Assembly: GCA_022823725.1 (NCBI GenBank)
Contig: JAJEHL010000024.1
Span: forward strand, 53,767 to 117,766
Length of the DNA stretch: 64,000 bases
Reading direction: 5' to 3'
Source of the DNA: Candidatus Latescibacterota bacterium
GTDB lineage: Bacteria > Latescibacterota > UBA2968
The position numbers and the translations under genes were made by a program. Of this stretch, positions 47,610 through 58,077 are shown in pieces; within the stretch, counting starts at the first letter, position 1, and each line of letters starts with the position of its first letter. Below the pieces are notes generated by a model, which saw only the letters and a program-made list of their open reading frames with translations, ran no database searches and was not told the origin of the DNA.

Positions 47610-50426
47610 TTATTGTCCGGCACTTGTGTACGCATAGACCTGATCATCCCCATTATCAACCACATAGAATAGGTCATTGACATAAGTAGCGCCAAACGGA
47701 TCACTGTTAGGCAGATTGAAATCCGCATCCGCATCACGTTGGCCAGAACTCGTGTACACATAGACCTGATCACCCCCGTCATCCCCGTTATCAACCACAT
47801 AGAATCGATCGTTGACATAGCTAATACCAAACGGATTGATATTATCGCTATCCAGATCGAAGTCTGCGGCCGCATCGCGCTGACCAGAACTCGTGTAACC
47901 ATAGACCTTACTCAAAAAATCAACCACATAGAATCGGTCATTGGCGTAGGCGATACTCGACGGAGCACTGTTGTCGCTATCCAGATCGAAGTCTGCGGCC
48001 GCATCGCGTTGACCTGAACTCGTGTACGCATAGACCTTTTCATCCCCCCGATCAGACACACTTCCCCGATCAAGCACATAGAATCGGTTATTGGCATAGA
48101 TGATATCTTCTGGACTATTACTCTCCAGGGCGAAGTCTGCGGCCGCATCGCGCTGACCTGAACTCGTGTACGCATAGACCTTTGTATCCCTGGAATCAAC
48201 CACATAGAATCGGTTGTTGGCATAAGCGATACCTTCTGGATCCGTATTGTCGCCATCCAGATCGAAGTCTGCAGTCGAGACACGCGCCTCATTCGAACAG
48301 TTGTTATCCGTATTGCTCTCCCCACTGACGCTTTGGATACACGCGCCGTAGTAGTATATCCCCACACTTGATGGCGCATTCAAGTCAATCGACTGGTCAC
48401 TCGTATCTCCCGCATTGAGACTGCCTATGGCACTCGTGCCAACCGCTGTATCACTCGTTGTGATTGTCGTGTCGGGCGAGAGATAGTAGCGCAAGGATGT
48501 TGCAGCCGAAGAACCAGCACCCTGGTTGCGAACCACAACGTTCAAACTGAAGGACTCATCGGCATTCGGGCTGCTATTGCTCACCAAAGGCGCTATAACA
48601 ATTAGATCGGGAATTGGATCGGCACTCGTGTACCAATGAACCTTTGCACCTTCCACTCCAAGCACATAGAACAGGTTGTTGACATAGACGAGCCCTACCG
48701 GAGAACTGATAGTCAGATCGAAGTCTGCACCCGCAACACGCTGACCAGAACTCGTGTACACATACACCTTCTCATCAGCGGAATCAAGCACATAGAACAT
48801 GTTGTTGACATAGGTGAGACCCGACGGAGAACTGTTAGCCAGATTGAAGTCTGATGCCGCATCACGCTGACCAGAACTCGTGTACACATACACTTTTAGA
48901 TCTGAGGAATCAAGCACATAGAAGCGGTCGTTGGCATAGGTAATACCAAACGGATCAGCGTTAATCAGATTGATGTCTGCAGTCGCATCGCGCTGACCAT
49001 CACTCCCATATCCATAGACCTTTCCATCATCCACATCAAGCACATAGAAGCGGTCGTTGACATAGGTAATACCTTGCGGAGTGTTGTTGCTATGCAGATC
49101 GAAGTCTCCAGCCGAATCACGCCGCCCGTCACTCGCGTGCCCATAGACCTTATCATTCCAGAAATCAACCACATAGAATCGGTTGTTGGCAAAGGTGATA
49201 CCCCTCGGATCACCGGTAAACAAACGGAAGCCTGCATCCTCAACACGCTGACCAGAACTCGTGTAACCATAGACCCTATTATCCCCGTCATTAACCACAT
49301 AGAAGCGGTCGTTCGCAAAGGTGATACCCCTCGGATCACTGATACCTAAATCGAAGTCCACAGCCGCATCGCGCTGACCAGAACTCGTGTAACCATAGAC
49401 CTTATCATCCCCGTCATTAGCCACATAGAAGCGGTCGTTCGCAAAGGTGATACTCCTCGGATCACTAATACCTAAATCGAAGTCTGCTGCTGCATCGCGC
49501 TGACCATCACTCCCATACCCATAGACCTTATCATCCGCATCATCAACTACATAGAATCGGTCATTGGCAAAGGTGATACTCTGCGGAACACCGCTATCCA
49601 GACGGAAGTCGGCAGTTGCATCGCGCTGCCCGTCACTCCCATACCCATAGACCCTTGCACCCTCCTGATCAAGCACGTAGAATCGATTGTTGACATAGAT
49701 GATATCCTGCGGATTATTGTTCCTATCCAGATCAAAGGATGTCTCACCACTACCTTGACTATCTTCTCCGCCATCGCTGACTGTGACACTCACCCCATCC
49801 GAGCAGTTGTTATCCGTATTGCTCTCCCCACTGACGCTCGCCACGCAGGCACCGTAATAATACGTGCCAGCATTCGATGGCGCATTCAAGTCAATCGACT
49901 GACCACTCGTGCTACCGGTATTGAGACTATCTATGGCATCTGTACCAACCTCTGTATCACTTGTTGTGATCGTCGCGTCGGGCGAGAGGTAATACGTCAG
50001 CATCGTCTCAGCGGCTTGTCCACTCCCCTGATTGCGTACCGTCGCATTCAGTGTAAACATTTGCTCTGGCGTCAGCGTGGTATCGCTCACCGAAGGTGCT
50101 ATAACAATGAGATCAGAGCTACCACCGCCAGAGCCGGATGTGCCAAAGGCACCGGCAAAAACCAAAAAATCGCCAAAACCTATCGCACCATCACCGTCCA
50201 GATCAGCCCGGGCATCATACCTATCATCGCCTTGACTCGTTCCAAACAGGCTCGCAAATAACAAAAAATCCGCAAAGCCAACCGTCCCATCGCCGTCGAG
50301 ATCCCCAGGCTGAGCAGTATCATCTGTCTGATTGCCCACGGAACCAGCAGAGGCTGGCCCTGCGCATAACAGCAATACAAGGGCAGTAATAAACAACATT
50401 TCTTTGTTCAAAAACATTTGCGACAT
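47610..50426 (-). CDS. Secreted modular protein: EF-hand/dockerin-like pair, 2 CARDB-like Ig domains, 14 NHL-like beta-propeller repeats
   Basis: Signal peptide, DLDGDG..GF.DF twice, VRNQG...YYYGAC...ESNTDNNCS twice, 9+5 repeats of ~42 aa (DFDL..P.GI.YANDRFYVVD..KVYGYTSSGQRD). Confidence 0.85.
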   Translation of the reverse strand: MSQMFLNKEMLFITALVLLLCAGPASAGSVGNQTDDTAQPGDLDGDGTVGFADFLLFASLFGTSQGDDRYDARADLDGDGAIGFGDFLVFAGAFGTSGSGGGSSDLIVIAPSVSDTTLTPEQMFTLNATVRNQGSGQAAETMLTYYLSPDATITTSDTEVGTDAIDSLNTGSTSGQSIDLNAPSNAGTYYYGACVASVSGESNTDNNCSDGVSVTVSDGGEDSQGSGETSFDLDRNNNPQDIIYVNNRFYVLDQEGARVYGYGSDGQRDATADFRLDSGVPQSITFANDRFYVVDDADDKVYGYGSDGQRDAAADFDLGISDPRSITFANDRFYVANDGDDKVYGYTSSGQRDAAVDFDLGISDPRGITFANDRFYVVNDGDNRVYGYTSSGQRVEDAGFRLFTGDPRGITFANNRFYVVDFWNDKVYGHASDGRRDSAGDFDLHSNNTPQGITYVNDRFYVLDVDDGKVYGYGSDGQRDATADINLINADPFGITYANDRFYVLDSSDLKVYVYTSSGQRDAASDFNLANSSPSGLTYVNNMFYVLDSADEKVYVYTSSGQRVAGADFDLTISSPVGLVYVNNLFYVLGVEGAKVHWYTSADPIPDLIVIAPLVSNSSPNADESFSLNVVVRNQGAGSSAATSLRYYLSPDTTITTSDTAVGTSAIGSLNAGDTSDQSIDLNAPSSVGIYYYGACIQSVSGESNTDNNCSNEARVSTADFDLDGDNTDPEGIAYANNRFYVVDSRDTKVYAYTSSGQRDAAADFALESNSPEDIIYANNRFYVLDRGSVSDRGDEKVYAYTSSGQRDAAADFDLDSDNSAPSSIAYANDRFYVVDFLSKVYGYTSSGQRDAAADFDLDSDNINPFGISYVNDRFYVVDNGDDGGDQVYVYTSSGQRDADADFNLPNSDPFGATYVNDLFYVVDNGDDQVYAYTSAGQ

Positions 50427-50562
50427 CCTTTCTCAATTTCTCTGAAGGCCTGGGAAAATAAAAAAGATAGAATTATCACCAATAAAGATTCCCAAGTTTT
50501 TTACCCAAGTGTAACACCAGTTATAAATTAAATTAGAGAAAATTGAGATGTCAACAACATAC

Positions 50563-51627
50563 TTATGCGGATTCTTCTTCGGGTTCAAACACCTTATCCA
50601 CGGGAAGCCCCACGGCTTCACGCACCTCGCGTTCGATTTTTGCAGACAAACTCGCGTTCTCTTTCAGATGGCGCTTGACATTTTCCCGCCCCTGCCCAAG
50701 CCGATCATCGCCATAAGAGAACCAGGTACCACTTTTCTTGATAATACCGTGTAATTCAGCCATATCGATCAAACTGCCCTCTCTGGAAATGCCTTCCCCA
50801 AACATCAGATCGACTTCACATTCCTTAAAAGGCGGCGCCATCTTGTTTTTTACCACGCGAATCCGAACGCGATTGCCAACGATCTCTTGCCCATCTTTAA
50901 TAGAGCCAATGCGCCGAATATCTATACGCACCGATGCATAGAACGGAAGCGCACGGCCACCCGTGGTCGTCTCGGGATTGCCAAACATCACGCCGATCTT
51001 CATGCGAATCTGATTGGCAAAGATCACACAGGTTTTAGACTGGCTGATTGATCCGACGAGTTTGCGCAGGGCTTGAGACATCAGACGGGCGTGCAAGCCC
51101 ATGTGAGAGTCACCCATATCACCTTCGAGTTCGGCACGCGGCACCAGGGCAGCCACAGAGTCTAAAGCCACGACCTCAAAAGCACCACTGCGCACAAGGG
51201 TATCCGTAATTTCGAGTGCTTCTTCACCCGTATCGGGCTGGGCGATCAATAAGTTTTTGATATCTACGCCCAGACGCTCGGCCAATTCTACATTCAATGC
51301 GTGTTCTGCATCGACAAAAGCCGCTGCCCCACCGCGCTTTTGCGCCTCGGCAATAATGTGCAAAATCAAAGTCGTTTTGCCCGACCCTTCAGGGCCGTAT
51401 ATTTCAACCACTCTTCCCTGGGGAACGCCACCAGCACCCAATGCGACATCCAGGCTTAGAGACCCCGTCGGAATAACCTCTGTTACAAGAGGTTGCCCAT
51501 CTTCGCCTCCCAGGCGCATAATTGCCCCTTGTCCAAATTGCTTTTCGATTTGGGCAATGGCGTTGTCAATTGCTTGCTGCTTGCCATCCATTTGTTGCGC
51601 ACCCTTAATGTTGTTGCGTTTGGCCAT
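50563..51627 (-). CDS. recA: Recombinase RecA
   Basis: [38 protein letters not shown]. Confidence 0.99.
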   Translation of the reverse strand: MAKRNNIKGAQQMDGKQQAIDNAIAQIEKQFGQGAIMRLGGEDGQPLVTEVIPTGSLSLDVALGAGGVPQGRVVEIYGPEGSGKTTLILHIIAEAQKRGGAAAFVDAEHALNVELAERLGVDIKNLLIAQPDTGEEALEITDTLVRSGAFEVVALDSVAALVPRAELEGDMGDSHMGLHARLMSQALRKLVGSISQSKTCVIFANQIRMKIGVMFGNPETTTGGRALPFYASVRIDIRRIGSIKDGQEIVGNRVRIRVVKNKMAPPFKECEVDLMFGEGISREGSLIDMAELHGIIKKSGTWFSYGDDRLGQGRENVKRHLKENASLSAKIEREVREAVGLPVDKVFEPEEESA

Positions 51628-51702
51628 CTGCATCTCTCCTTACAAAAGGTTTGGGATCACGGCGCAGCCCCTCTCGTTTCCTGCACCGCACAATGTGCAA
51701 CA

Positions 51703-51731
51703 AGTATAGTGAACATTTGTATATACGTCAA
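51703..51731 (-). promoter_or_regulatory. recA sigma-70 promoter with putative LexA box in the spacer
   Basis: TTGACG-N17-TATACT. GAAC-ATTT-GTAT (51711-51722) resembles GAAC-N4-GTTC. Confidence 0.7.
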
Positions 51732-51763
51732 GAAACTATTTAGCGATCTAAAACGGGACATCT

Positions 51764-52243
51764 CTAAAGCGACAAAGGTGCGAATGCCAGCCATAATATC
51801 AGAATCAGATGTCCATAAATTCCCACAATTACATCGTCACCTACAATACCCCACCCACCGGGCAATGCCTCGACCTGTCGAGCGGGCGGTGGCTTAGTAA
51901 TATCCAGTATGCGAAACACGACAAAGCCAACAATGCCCATCAACACCGACTGCGGAAACAGACTTACCGTCACAAAAAAACCCACAAACTCGTCAATTAC
52001 CACATATCTGGGATCTTTACCCCAGGCTTTTTCACATGCCCCAGAGGTATAAACCCCTGCGAAAAATAGCCCGACCAGTAGCCCACCCCACGCCCACGAG
52101 TTCAGTGGCGGCAACAGACAATAAATCACCAATGCCACGCCTGACCCGGCTGTGCCCGGGGCAAAAACCGAATAGCCAGAAAAAAAGCCGGTTGCAATCA
52201 ACCGGACAAAAAATGATGGCTCAGAAGGCCGAAAATCTGTCAT
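51764..52243 (-). CDS. pgpA: Phosphatidylglycerophosphatase A
   Basis: APGTAGS, DP..VVIDE, FRILDI.KP, DD. Confidence 0.93.
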   Translation of the reverse strand: MTDFRPSEPSFFVRLIATGFFSGYSVFAPGTAGSGVALVIYCLLPPLNSWAWGGLLVGLFFAGVYTSGACEKAWGKDPRYVVIDEFVGFFVTVSLFPQSVLMGIVGFVVFRILDITKPPPARQVEALPGGWGIVGDDVIVGIYGHLILILWLAFAPLSL

Positions 52244-52265
52244 AGCAGTTAGCTATTCGCTCGCC

Positions 52266-52907
52266 TCAAAACGTCTTGCGATTTTCAATTAAATACCGGA
52301 CGCCTGAAATCACGGCAACGAGGGTCACAACAGCCACCAGGACATTCAAGACCCAATAAGAAATATCGCCCACGAGCACAATTGGTTGGGCTGCCAATTC
52401 GGCTTCAACTACCCGCACATTAATAAAGATCAAAATTCCAAAAACAAGCACCAATTGCAGCATTGTTTTCCACTTCGCAAGTTGTGAAGTTACCACGGGC
52501 TTGCCGCGTCGAATCGCAAAAATTCGCAATCCCGTAATTACGACATCGCGGACAAGCATCGCTCCGATAAGCCATGCTTCAACCATGCCTAAATGCACAA
52601 ATGCAATCAATGCCGCAGATACCAGTAACTTATCGGCCAGCGGATCCATAAAGCGACCAAAATTGGTCACTGTGCCGTCGCGCCTCGCGATGCGCCCATC
52701 GTAGAAATCGGTCAATGAGGCTACGGTAAATACGAGTAGTGCGAGGATTTTGAAATACCAGTTGGCAGCAAAAATCAACAGCAAAAATACGGGTGTAAGC
52801 AACAGACGCGACACTGTTAAGATATTGGGCACTGTCCACAACCGATTTGGGGTATGCGGCTCAGGCATTGTCATGCGATTCGACTCTATGGTATTTACCT
52901 GGGGCAT
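52266..52907 (-). CDS. pgsA: CDP-diacylglycerol--glycerol-3-phosphate 3-phosphatidyltransferase
   Basis: PNILTVSR, TDFYDGRIAR, GRFMDPLADK. Confidence 0.93.
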   Translation of the reverse strand: MPQVNTIESNRMTMPEPHTPNRLWTVPNILTVSRLLLTPVFLLLIFAANWYFKILALLVFTVASLTDFYDGRIARRDGTVTNFGRFMDPLADKLLVSAALIAFVHLGMVEAWLIGAMLVRDVVITGLRIFAIRRGKPVVTSQLAKWKTMLQLVLVFGILIFINVRVVEAELAAQPIVLVGDISYWVLNVLVAVVTLVAVISGVRYLIENRKTF

Positions 52908-53501
52908 TTAATACTCCCGACGGCCTTCCAGCGCACGTGACAACGTCACTTGATCGGCCAGGGCGAGATCACTGCCCACTGGCAACCCGCGCGCAATTTG
53001 TGTGACAGATACTTCAAACGGAGTCAAACATTGAGACAAATATTGTGCTGTGGCATCGCCCTCTACGGTCGGGCCGTTGGCGAGAATCACTTCTCGAATT
53101 TCCCCATGGCGCAAGCGGTGGAGCAACTGAGAAATATTTAAGTCTTCTGGACCAATACCATCCAGAGGCGAAATTCGCCCGTCCAATACGTGATAAAGCC
53201 CCCGGTAAAGTCCGGTGCGCTCAAATGCCAAAAGATCGCCGATAAAATCAATGACCATCACACTGGAACGATCTCGACGCATATCGCTGCACACAGAACA
53301 CGGCTCAACCTCAGTCAAATTAAAACAAATTGAACACCGCCGCACCCGGGTCTTGACATCCACCATCAAATCGGCGAGTTCGCGCACCTCATCCGTATCC
53401 CAAGTCAACATCTCCAGCGCGAGACGCCGGGCTGTTTTAGCACCTATTCCGGGCAACCGATTCAAAGCAGCAATCAATTTTTCAATGGCCTCTGATGCCA
53501 T
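52908..53501 (-). CDS. recR: Recombination protein RecR
   Basis: LPGIGAKTARRLA, C4 zinc finger, TOPRIM EGDATA. Confidence 0.97.
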   Translation of the reverse strand: MASEAIEKLIAALNRLPGIGAKTARRLALEMLTWDTDEVRELADLMVDVKTRVRRCSICFNLTEVEPCSVCSDMRRDRSSVMVIDFIGDLLAFERTGLYRGLYHVLDGRISPLDGIGPEDLNISQLLHRLRHGEIREVILANGPTVEGDATAQYLSQCLTPFEVSVTQIARGLPVGSDLALADQVTLSRALEGRREY

Positions 53502-53545
53502 GGAAAACTCCAAAAACTATCGCGCGATGACTTCGCGCTTCTCCC

Positions 53546-53872
53546 TTAGAAACCCGGCATATTCATGCCGGGCGGAATAAGACCCGCTGTGGCTTTCTGC
53601 ATTTCGGCCTCAGCCATATCCGCAGCTTTTTGACGCGCCTGCTGAACCGCCGCCAGCACCAGGTCTTCCAACATTTCCACATCTTCGGGATCGACAACTT
53701 CGGGATTAATTTTAACCGACAAAATATCTTGATGCCCACTGGCTCTTACTGTCACCATACCCCCACCCGAAGTCGCCTCTACCTCTTTTGCCCCCAGTTC
53801 TTCTTGCACCCTGGACAGCTTGGCCTGCAACTTTTGAGCCTGCTTCATCATCGCGCCCATACCTTTTGCCAT
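53546..53872 (-). CDS. ybaB: YbaB/EbfC nucleoid-associated protein
   Basis: MMKQAQ, SGGGMV, EMLEDLVLAA. Confidence 0.95.
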   Translation of the reverse strand: MAKGMGAMMKQAQKLQAKLSRVQEELGAKEVEATSGGGMVTVRASGHQDILSVKINPEVVDPEDVEMLEDLVLAAVQQARQKAADMAEAEMQKATAGLIPPGMNMPGF

Positions 53873-53914
53873 ACTTTAGCTCCTTAAAAAGCAATGTTCT
53901 CAACGCAGCAATTC

Positions 53915-55645
53915 CTACCTGATCACTTCGCCACTAAATACCTGCATCACCATCTGCACGCGCTCATCTTCTTCTGTACTCTTCTCCTCAACTATTTGCT
54001 CTTTATTGTCATCGTAAACAACCTCACATGAGATGGTGACTGTACCTCCAAAAACACCGCGCGCAACTTCTTCTACCAGAGCGCGGCTGCGCCGCACTTG
54101 ATTGGCGTGAAATTCGTGGCTCTGCTTGTGAAAGGACACCATTAAAAGTCGCCCATCCATTGATTGCGGACGGCCTTCGGCCAAAAATGTGCCCACCGAT
54201 ATGCTCCTGCTCTTCACTGCCTGTACCAGTTCTGCCCACTTATCTTTTACAATAGAAAAGTCTGGCGGTTCTTCTGAAGATACATCTGGCACTGAAGGTG
54301 TTTCTGCTTGTGGCTGTTCTGCCACGGGCCGACCGTTGCCCCTCTGTTGCGGTGGTGAAGATTTGGAAGCCGTTGTTGGCGGTGGTAACTTCCCACTCTC
54401 TCCCCTGACGCGCGTGTCTGGTTTGGATGATGTCGCTTTCCGCTTTGGTGCAGGTTGGGGCCTGGGCAATGGCCGCCGCGTTTCAGTAGCCATCCCCCGG
54501 CTTTTTAACCCCCGTTCGAGTTGTTCTAATCGGCTAATCAAAACCTGCAAATCTACACTTGACGTCATCTGTACCAGCTTCATAACTGTCAATTCAAGCC
54601 AGAATCGAGGCTCGGTCACTCGACTAATCTGAGTTTCCAATTCCCCTACGGCATTGAGCATGCGCACGAGATCTGCCTCTTCAAATTGCGCGGCAACCTC
54701 TGCATACTGCACGCGGTCAGCTTCTGGCAAATTTTCATCAGTCAAATCTCCCGCGGCACAGGCAACGAGTAAATGCCGAAAATGCGCCATTAACCCCGTC
54801 ACAAATTCACCCAAGTCACTGCCTTCGCGTGCCAATTCATCAATAATCTCCAACGCGCGAGCACCATCCCGATCCACAATGGCCTGCGTCAGGTCAAAAT
54901 ACACATCTCGGGGAATCAAACCCAGTAAATTTTGTACCGAATCTTCCGTAATACCAGCATCTGAAAATGCAATAACTTGATCCAATAAACTCAGTGCATC
55001 ACGCATGCCCCCATCGGCTTTACGCGCGATCAAAAACAGCGCAGTTTCTTCCGCTGTTACGCCTTCTTCATCCACAGCCTTTTTGAGCTCTTCCACTATT
55101 GCCGAGGGTGGAATGCGCCGAAAATTGTAGCGCTGACACCGGGATAAAATGGTTTCAGGCACCTTGTGAGCTTCCGTCGTCGCAAATACAAAAACAACAT
55201 GCGCTGGCGGTTCTTCGAGCGTTTTGAGCAAGGCATTAAAAGCCTCAGTCGTGAGCATGTGTACTTCATCGATAATATAAACCTTGCGCTTGCCCTGCGA
55301 AGCCGCATACCCCACCTCTTCGCGCAATTGCCTTATTTCGTCAATCCCGCGATTCGAAGCCCCGTCAATCTCCAGCACATCCATGCTGTTGCCCTGACGA
55401 ATGGCAACACACGAAGCACACTCTCCACACGGTTCAGCCGTTGGTCCCTGCTCGCAGTTGAGTGCCATGGCAAGCAATCGCGCCGTCGTGGTCTTACCCG
55501 TTCCTCGAGGTCCGGAAAACAGATACGACTGCGCCACGCGCTCCATCCGGATGGCGTTTTGCAATGTAGTGGTCACATGGCTTTGTGCAACCACTGTTTC
55601 AAATGCCTGTGGCCTTCGCTTGCGAGCCATTACCGTGTAAGACAT
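53915..55645 (-). CDS. dnaX: DNA polymerase III subunit gamma/tau
   Basis: GPRGTGKTT, IDEVHML, FNALLKTLEEPP, SRC. Confidence 0.97.
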   Translation of the reverse strand: MSYTVMARKRRPQAFETVVAQSHVTTTLQNAIRMERVAQSYLFSGPRGTGKTTTARLLAMALNCEQGPTAEPCGECASCVAIRQGNSMDVLEIDGASNRGIDEIRQLREEVGYAASQGKRKVYIIDEVHMLTTEAFNALLKTLEEPPAHVVFVFATTEAHKVPETILSRCQRYNFRRIPPSAIVEELKKAVDEEGVTAEETALFLIARKADGGMRDALSLLDQVIAFSDAGITEDSVQNLLGLIPRDVYFDLTQAIVDRDGARALEIIDELAREGSDLGEFVTGLMAHFRHLLVACAAGDLTDENLPEADRVQYAEVAAQFEEADLVRMLNAVGELETQISRVTEPRFWLELTVMKLVQMTSSVDLQVLISRLEQLERGLKSRGMATETRRPLPRPQPAPKRKATSSKPDTRVRGESGKLPPPTTASKSSPPQQRGNGRPVAEQPQAETPSVPDVSSEEPPDFSIVKDKWAELVQAVKSRSISVGTFLAEGRPQSMDGRLLMVSFHKQSHEFHANQVRRSRALVEEVARGVFGGTVTISCEVVYDDNKEQIVEEKSTEEDERVQMVMQVFSGEVIR

Positions 55646-55697
55646 AAGAACTCCAAAGGAGGCCATTCCAACCCCAGCCTCCCATCCCGAAAAAAAA

Positions 55698-55970
55698 GGT
55701 CGTGCACCGCGCTTCGAGCCGCTACCCCGGGGCGTTCAATGAGCGCTCGCTCCTGCCAGGTGCCCCTGCGGCACACGCACCAATTTGCTTACCGCTGCTA
55801 CCTTCCGGTCCTGACGGGGTTCGGCATAGGCACGTTGCGCAGGACCTGACGATCTACGCTGCCTACTCATTGACCGCGATCCAAAATACCGGTTCTCAGA
55901 CGTGGAATTCGACCCCGCTATAGCGGATTGCGGGCTACAGGGCACCGCTATCTCCCCGTCTAGCACGACC
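55698..55970 (-). ncRNA. ffs: Signal recognition particle RNA, large (Alu-domain) bacterial type
   Basis: Terminal GGTCGTGC/GCACGACC pairing, helix 8 TCAGGACCGGAAGGTAGCAG, upstream of dnaX. Confidence 0.93.
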
Positions 55971-56026
55971 TGAAAACAGTGAGATACAAGAGGAATCTCA
56001 CCTCTCGCCTCTTAACAATATATATT

Positions 56027-56103
<77 letters not shown>

Positions 56104-56104
56104 C

Positions 56105-56476
56105 CTAAACCGCTTCAACCACGATATTGCGTACTCCCGAAACAGATTTGAGCACCGTGGCATCGCCCAGCACCCGCCCAATAATATTAACGGGACTTGC
56201 GGGACGAATTTCATCTCCATGACTGGCTGGGGTCTGACCGTAAAAAATGCAAAATGCATGACCCGGCGGCCAATATCCGAGATCGTTTAACGCCACAGTT
56301 TCACATGCATCTTCGGGACCTGCTTGAACGGGAATTGCAAAGTAAATCTCATCGCCCCATGTATTAAACGAACTATCCAGCGGCAAAACCTCGCGAATTT
56401 TGCCTGCTGTTTGCGAATCGTTTAACTCGGCGTCGAGTTCAATATCGCCAACTGTAATGCGAATGGGATGCGGCAT
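56105..56476 (-). CDS. Cyclophilin-like fold (DUF369/TM1367) protein
   Basis: TWGDEIYF, LGYWPPG.AFCIFYG.TP, PASPVN. Confidence 0.85.
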   Translation of the reverse strand: MPHPIRITVGDIELDAELNDSQTAGKIREVLPLDSSFNTWGDEIYFAIPVQAGPEDACETVALNDLGYWPPGHAFCIFYGQTPASHGDEIRPASPVNIIGRVLGDATVLKSVSGVRNIVVEAV

Positions 56477-56495
56477 AACGGCCTCGTGATATTTT

Positions 56496-56585
<90 letters not shown>

Positions 56586-56647
56586 AATATAGCTATAAGC
56601 GATCAGCTTCCATACACTCATGCGCCAAAGACTGAGCGCCTGTTTTT

Positions 56648-56737
<90 letters not shown>

Positions 56738-56742
56738 AATAT

Positions 56743-57201
56743 TTATTTTTTCCGCAAAGTTTGAAAAAACGCCCGCAACACCTGACCACACGCATCTTCT
56801 AAAACACCTCGGCGCACATATAGGCGATGATTCAAACGTGTATCTTCCACAATATTTCTCAGAGATCCACAAGCCCCGGTTTTGGGATCGCAAGCGCCAA
56901 AAACCAACCGGGACAATCGGGCAAGCACCATAGCCCCCGCACACATCGCACAGGGTTCCAGTGTTGCGTAAAGTGTGCAGTTACTCAACCACCGTGTGCC
57001 CAACTTTTCTGTCGCCTGCCCAATAACGAGCATTTCGGCATGCGCCGTGGGATCATTGAGCTGGACAATGCGATTGTGATCTCGTGCGATTACCTCGCCA
57101 TTGTGCATCACAACAGCGCCAATAGGCACTTCCTGCTCGCTTGCCGCCACGCGGGCTTCTTCAAGCGCAAATTTCATGCCTGTCAGGTCATCATCCAGCA
57201 C
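56743..57201 (-). CDS. tadA: tRNA adenosine(34) deaminase
   Basis: EVPIGAV, AHAE, TLEPCAMC. GTG start after GGAG. Confidence 0.95.
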   Translation of the reverse strand: MLDDDLTGMKFALEEARVAASEQEVPIGAVVMHNGEVIARDHNRIVQLNDPTAHAEMLVIGQATEKLGTRWLSNCTLYATLEPCAMCAGAMVLARLSRLVFGACDPKTGACGSLRNIVEDTRLNHRLYVRRGVLEDACGQVLRAFFQTLRKK

Positions 57202-57276
57202 GAATACTCCGCGAAAACAACACTGGTCATAGAGAAAAAATATACGGGTTTCCCCACACCGAGTCAACCATCAACA

Positions 57277-58047
57277 TCAGGGCATCCAGATATTCCACTT
57301 GCCGTGCTTTTCCCAGATGCGACAGGCATCACAGGTACACATCCAGCGGAGGGCAAAACGCGGTTTATTACTCGTATTGAGAGACCCGGAATGTATTAAC
57401 AGATAATGAAAAAACAGTACATCTCCTCGGGACGGCCTCAACTCAATCGGCTCTCCCATATCAAACTTTTGTAGCGATTTCGCAAAATCTGACAGCATTT
57501 GATAGCGGTCGGGATCCCGCACCGCCGCCTCGCTGAGCTTTCGGTGTGACCCTGGCCAGACCGCAGTCCCACCACCCTGCGCAACACCAGAATCGAGATA
57601 AGTCAGAGAGGAGACCCGAAATGACCCGGGAAAAACATTAAAAGGTCGATGTCCGCCATCAACGTGCCCACCGAGATAATCCCAGCCTTTCGAAACCGGA
57701 AATACACTGCGTGCCCACACTGCCTCAGGCTGTGGTTTCTGACAGTGAAATGCACCTGCATTCTCCCGAACCAGTTGGCTCTGCACCTCGTAAAACGCAG
57801 GCGTACAACAAGCCAGCAACGCGGGATCACGAACCCCAAAATGTTCAATCACCCCCTGGCGGGCGATTGTTGTCACCCCATCTGTTTCGTCTGGCAAAGG
57901 AGACCACGAAGCCGGATCATCCCGATCCATCCCGAGCGCAGACCACATCGCAGCTTCCGCATTGGCAATTGTCTCTTCTGGAATCAAGCCCGACACCAGC
58001 ACATATCCATCTCGATCATATTGCGCCAGTTGCTCTTGTGAAAGCAT
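57277..58047 (-). CDS. PhyH family Fe(II)/2OG dioxygenase
   Basis: GHVDG, GGTAVWPGSH, LIHSGS. Confidence 0.85.
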   Translation of the reverse strand: MLSQEQLAQYDRDGYVLVSGLIPEETIANAEAAMWSALGMDRDDPASWSPLPDETDGVTTIARQGVIEHFGVRDPALLACCTPAFYEVQSQLVRENAGAFHCQKPQPEAVWARSVFPVSKGWDYLGGHVDGGHRPFNVFPGSFRVSSLTYLDSGVAQGGGTAVWPGSHRKLSEAAVRDPDRYQMLSDFAKSLQKFDMGEPIELRPSRGDVLFFHYLLIHSGSLNTSNKPRFALRWMCTCDACRIWEKHGKWNIWMP

Positions 58048-58077
58048 AGGCTACTCCTGGTTAAAAGAACATTCAGC

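Noticed and set aside
47610-49740. Regularly spaced ~126-bp DNA repeats resembling a CRISPR or DGR array
   Set aside because: The repeats are in-frame coding units of one ORF. There are no unique spacers between identical repeats, no cas or reverse transcriptase gene, and differences are not adenine-specific.
54490-54520. dnaX programmed -1 frameshift site
   Set aside because: Only TTAAAAAG (five A) is present. No A AAA AAG heptamer or long A run was seen.
55702-55966. Short ORFs upstream of dnaX
   Set aside because: They overlap the SRP RNA gene.
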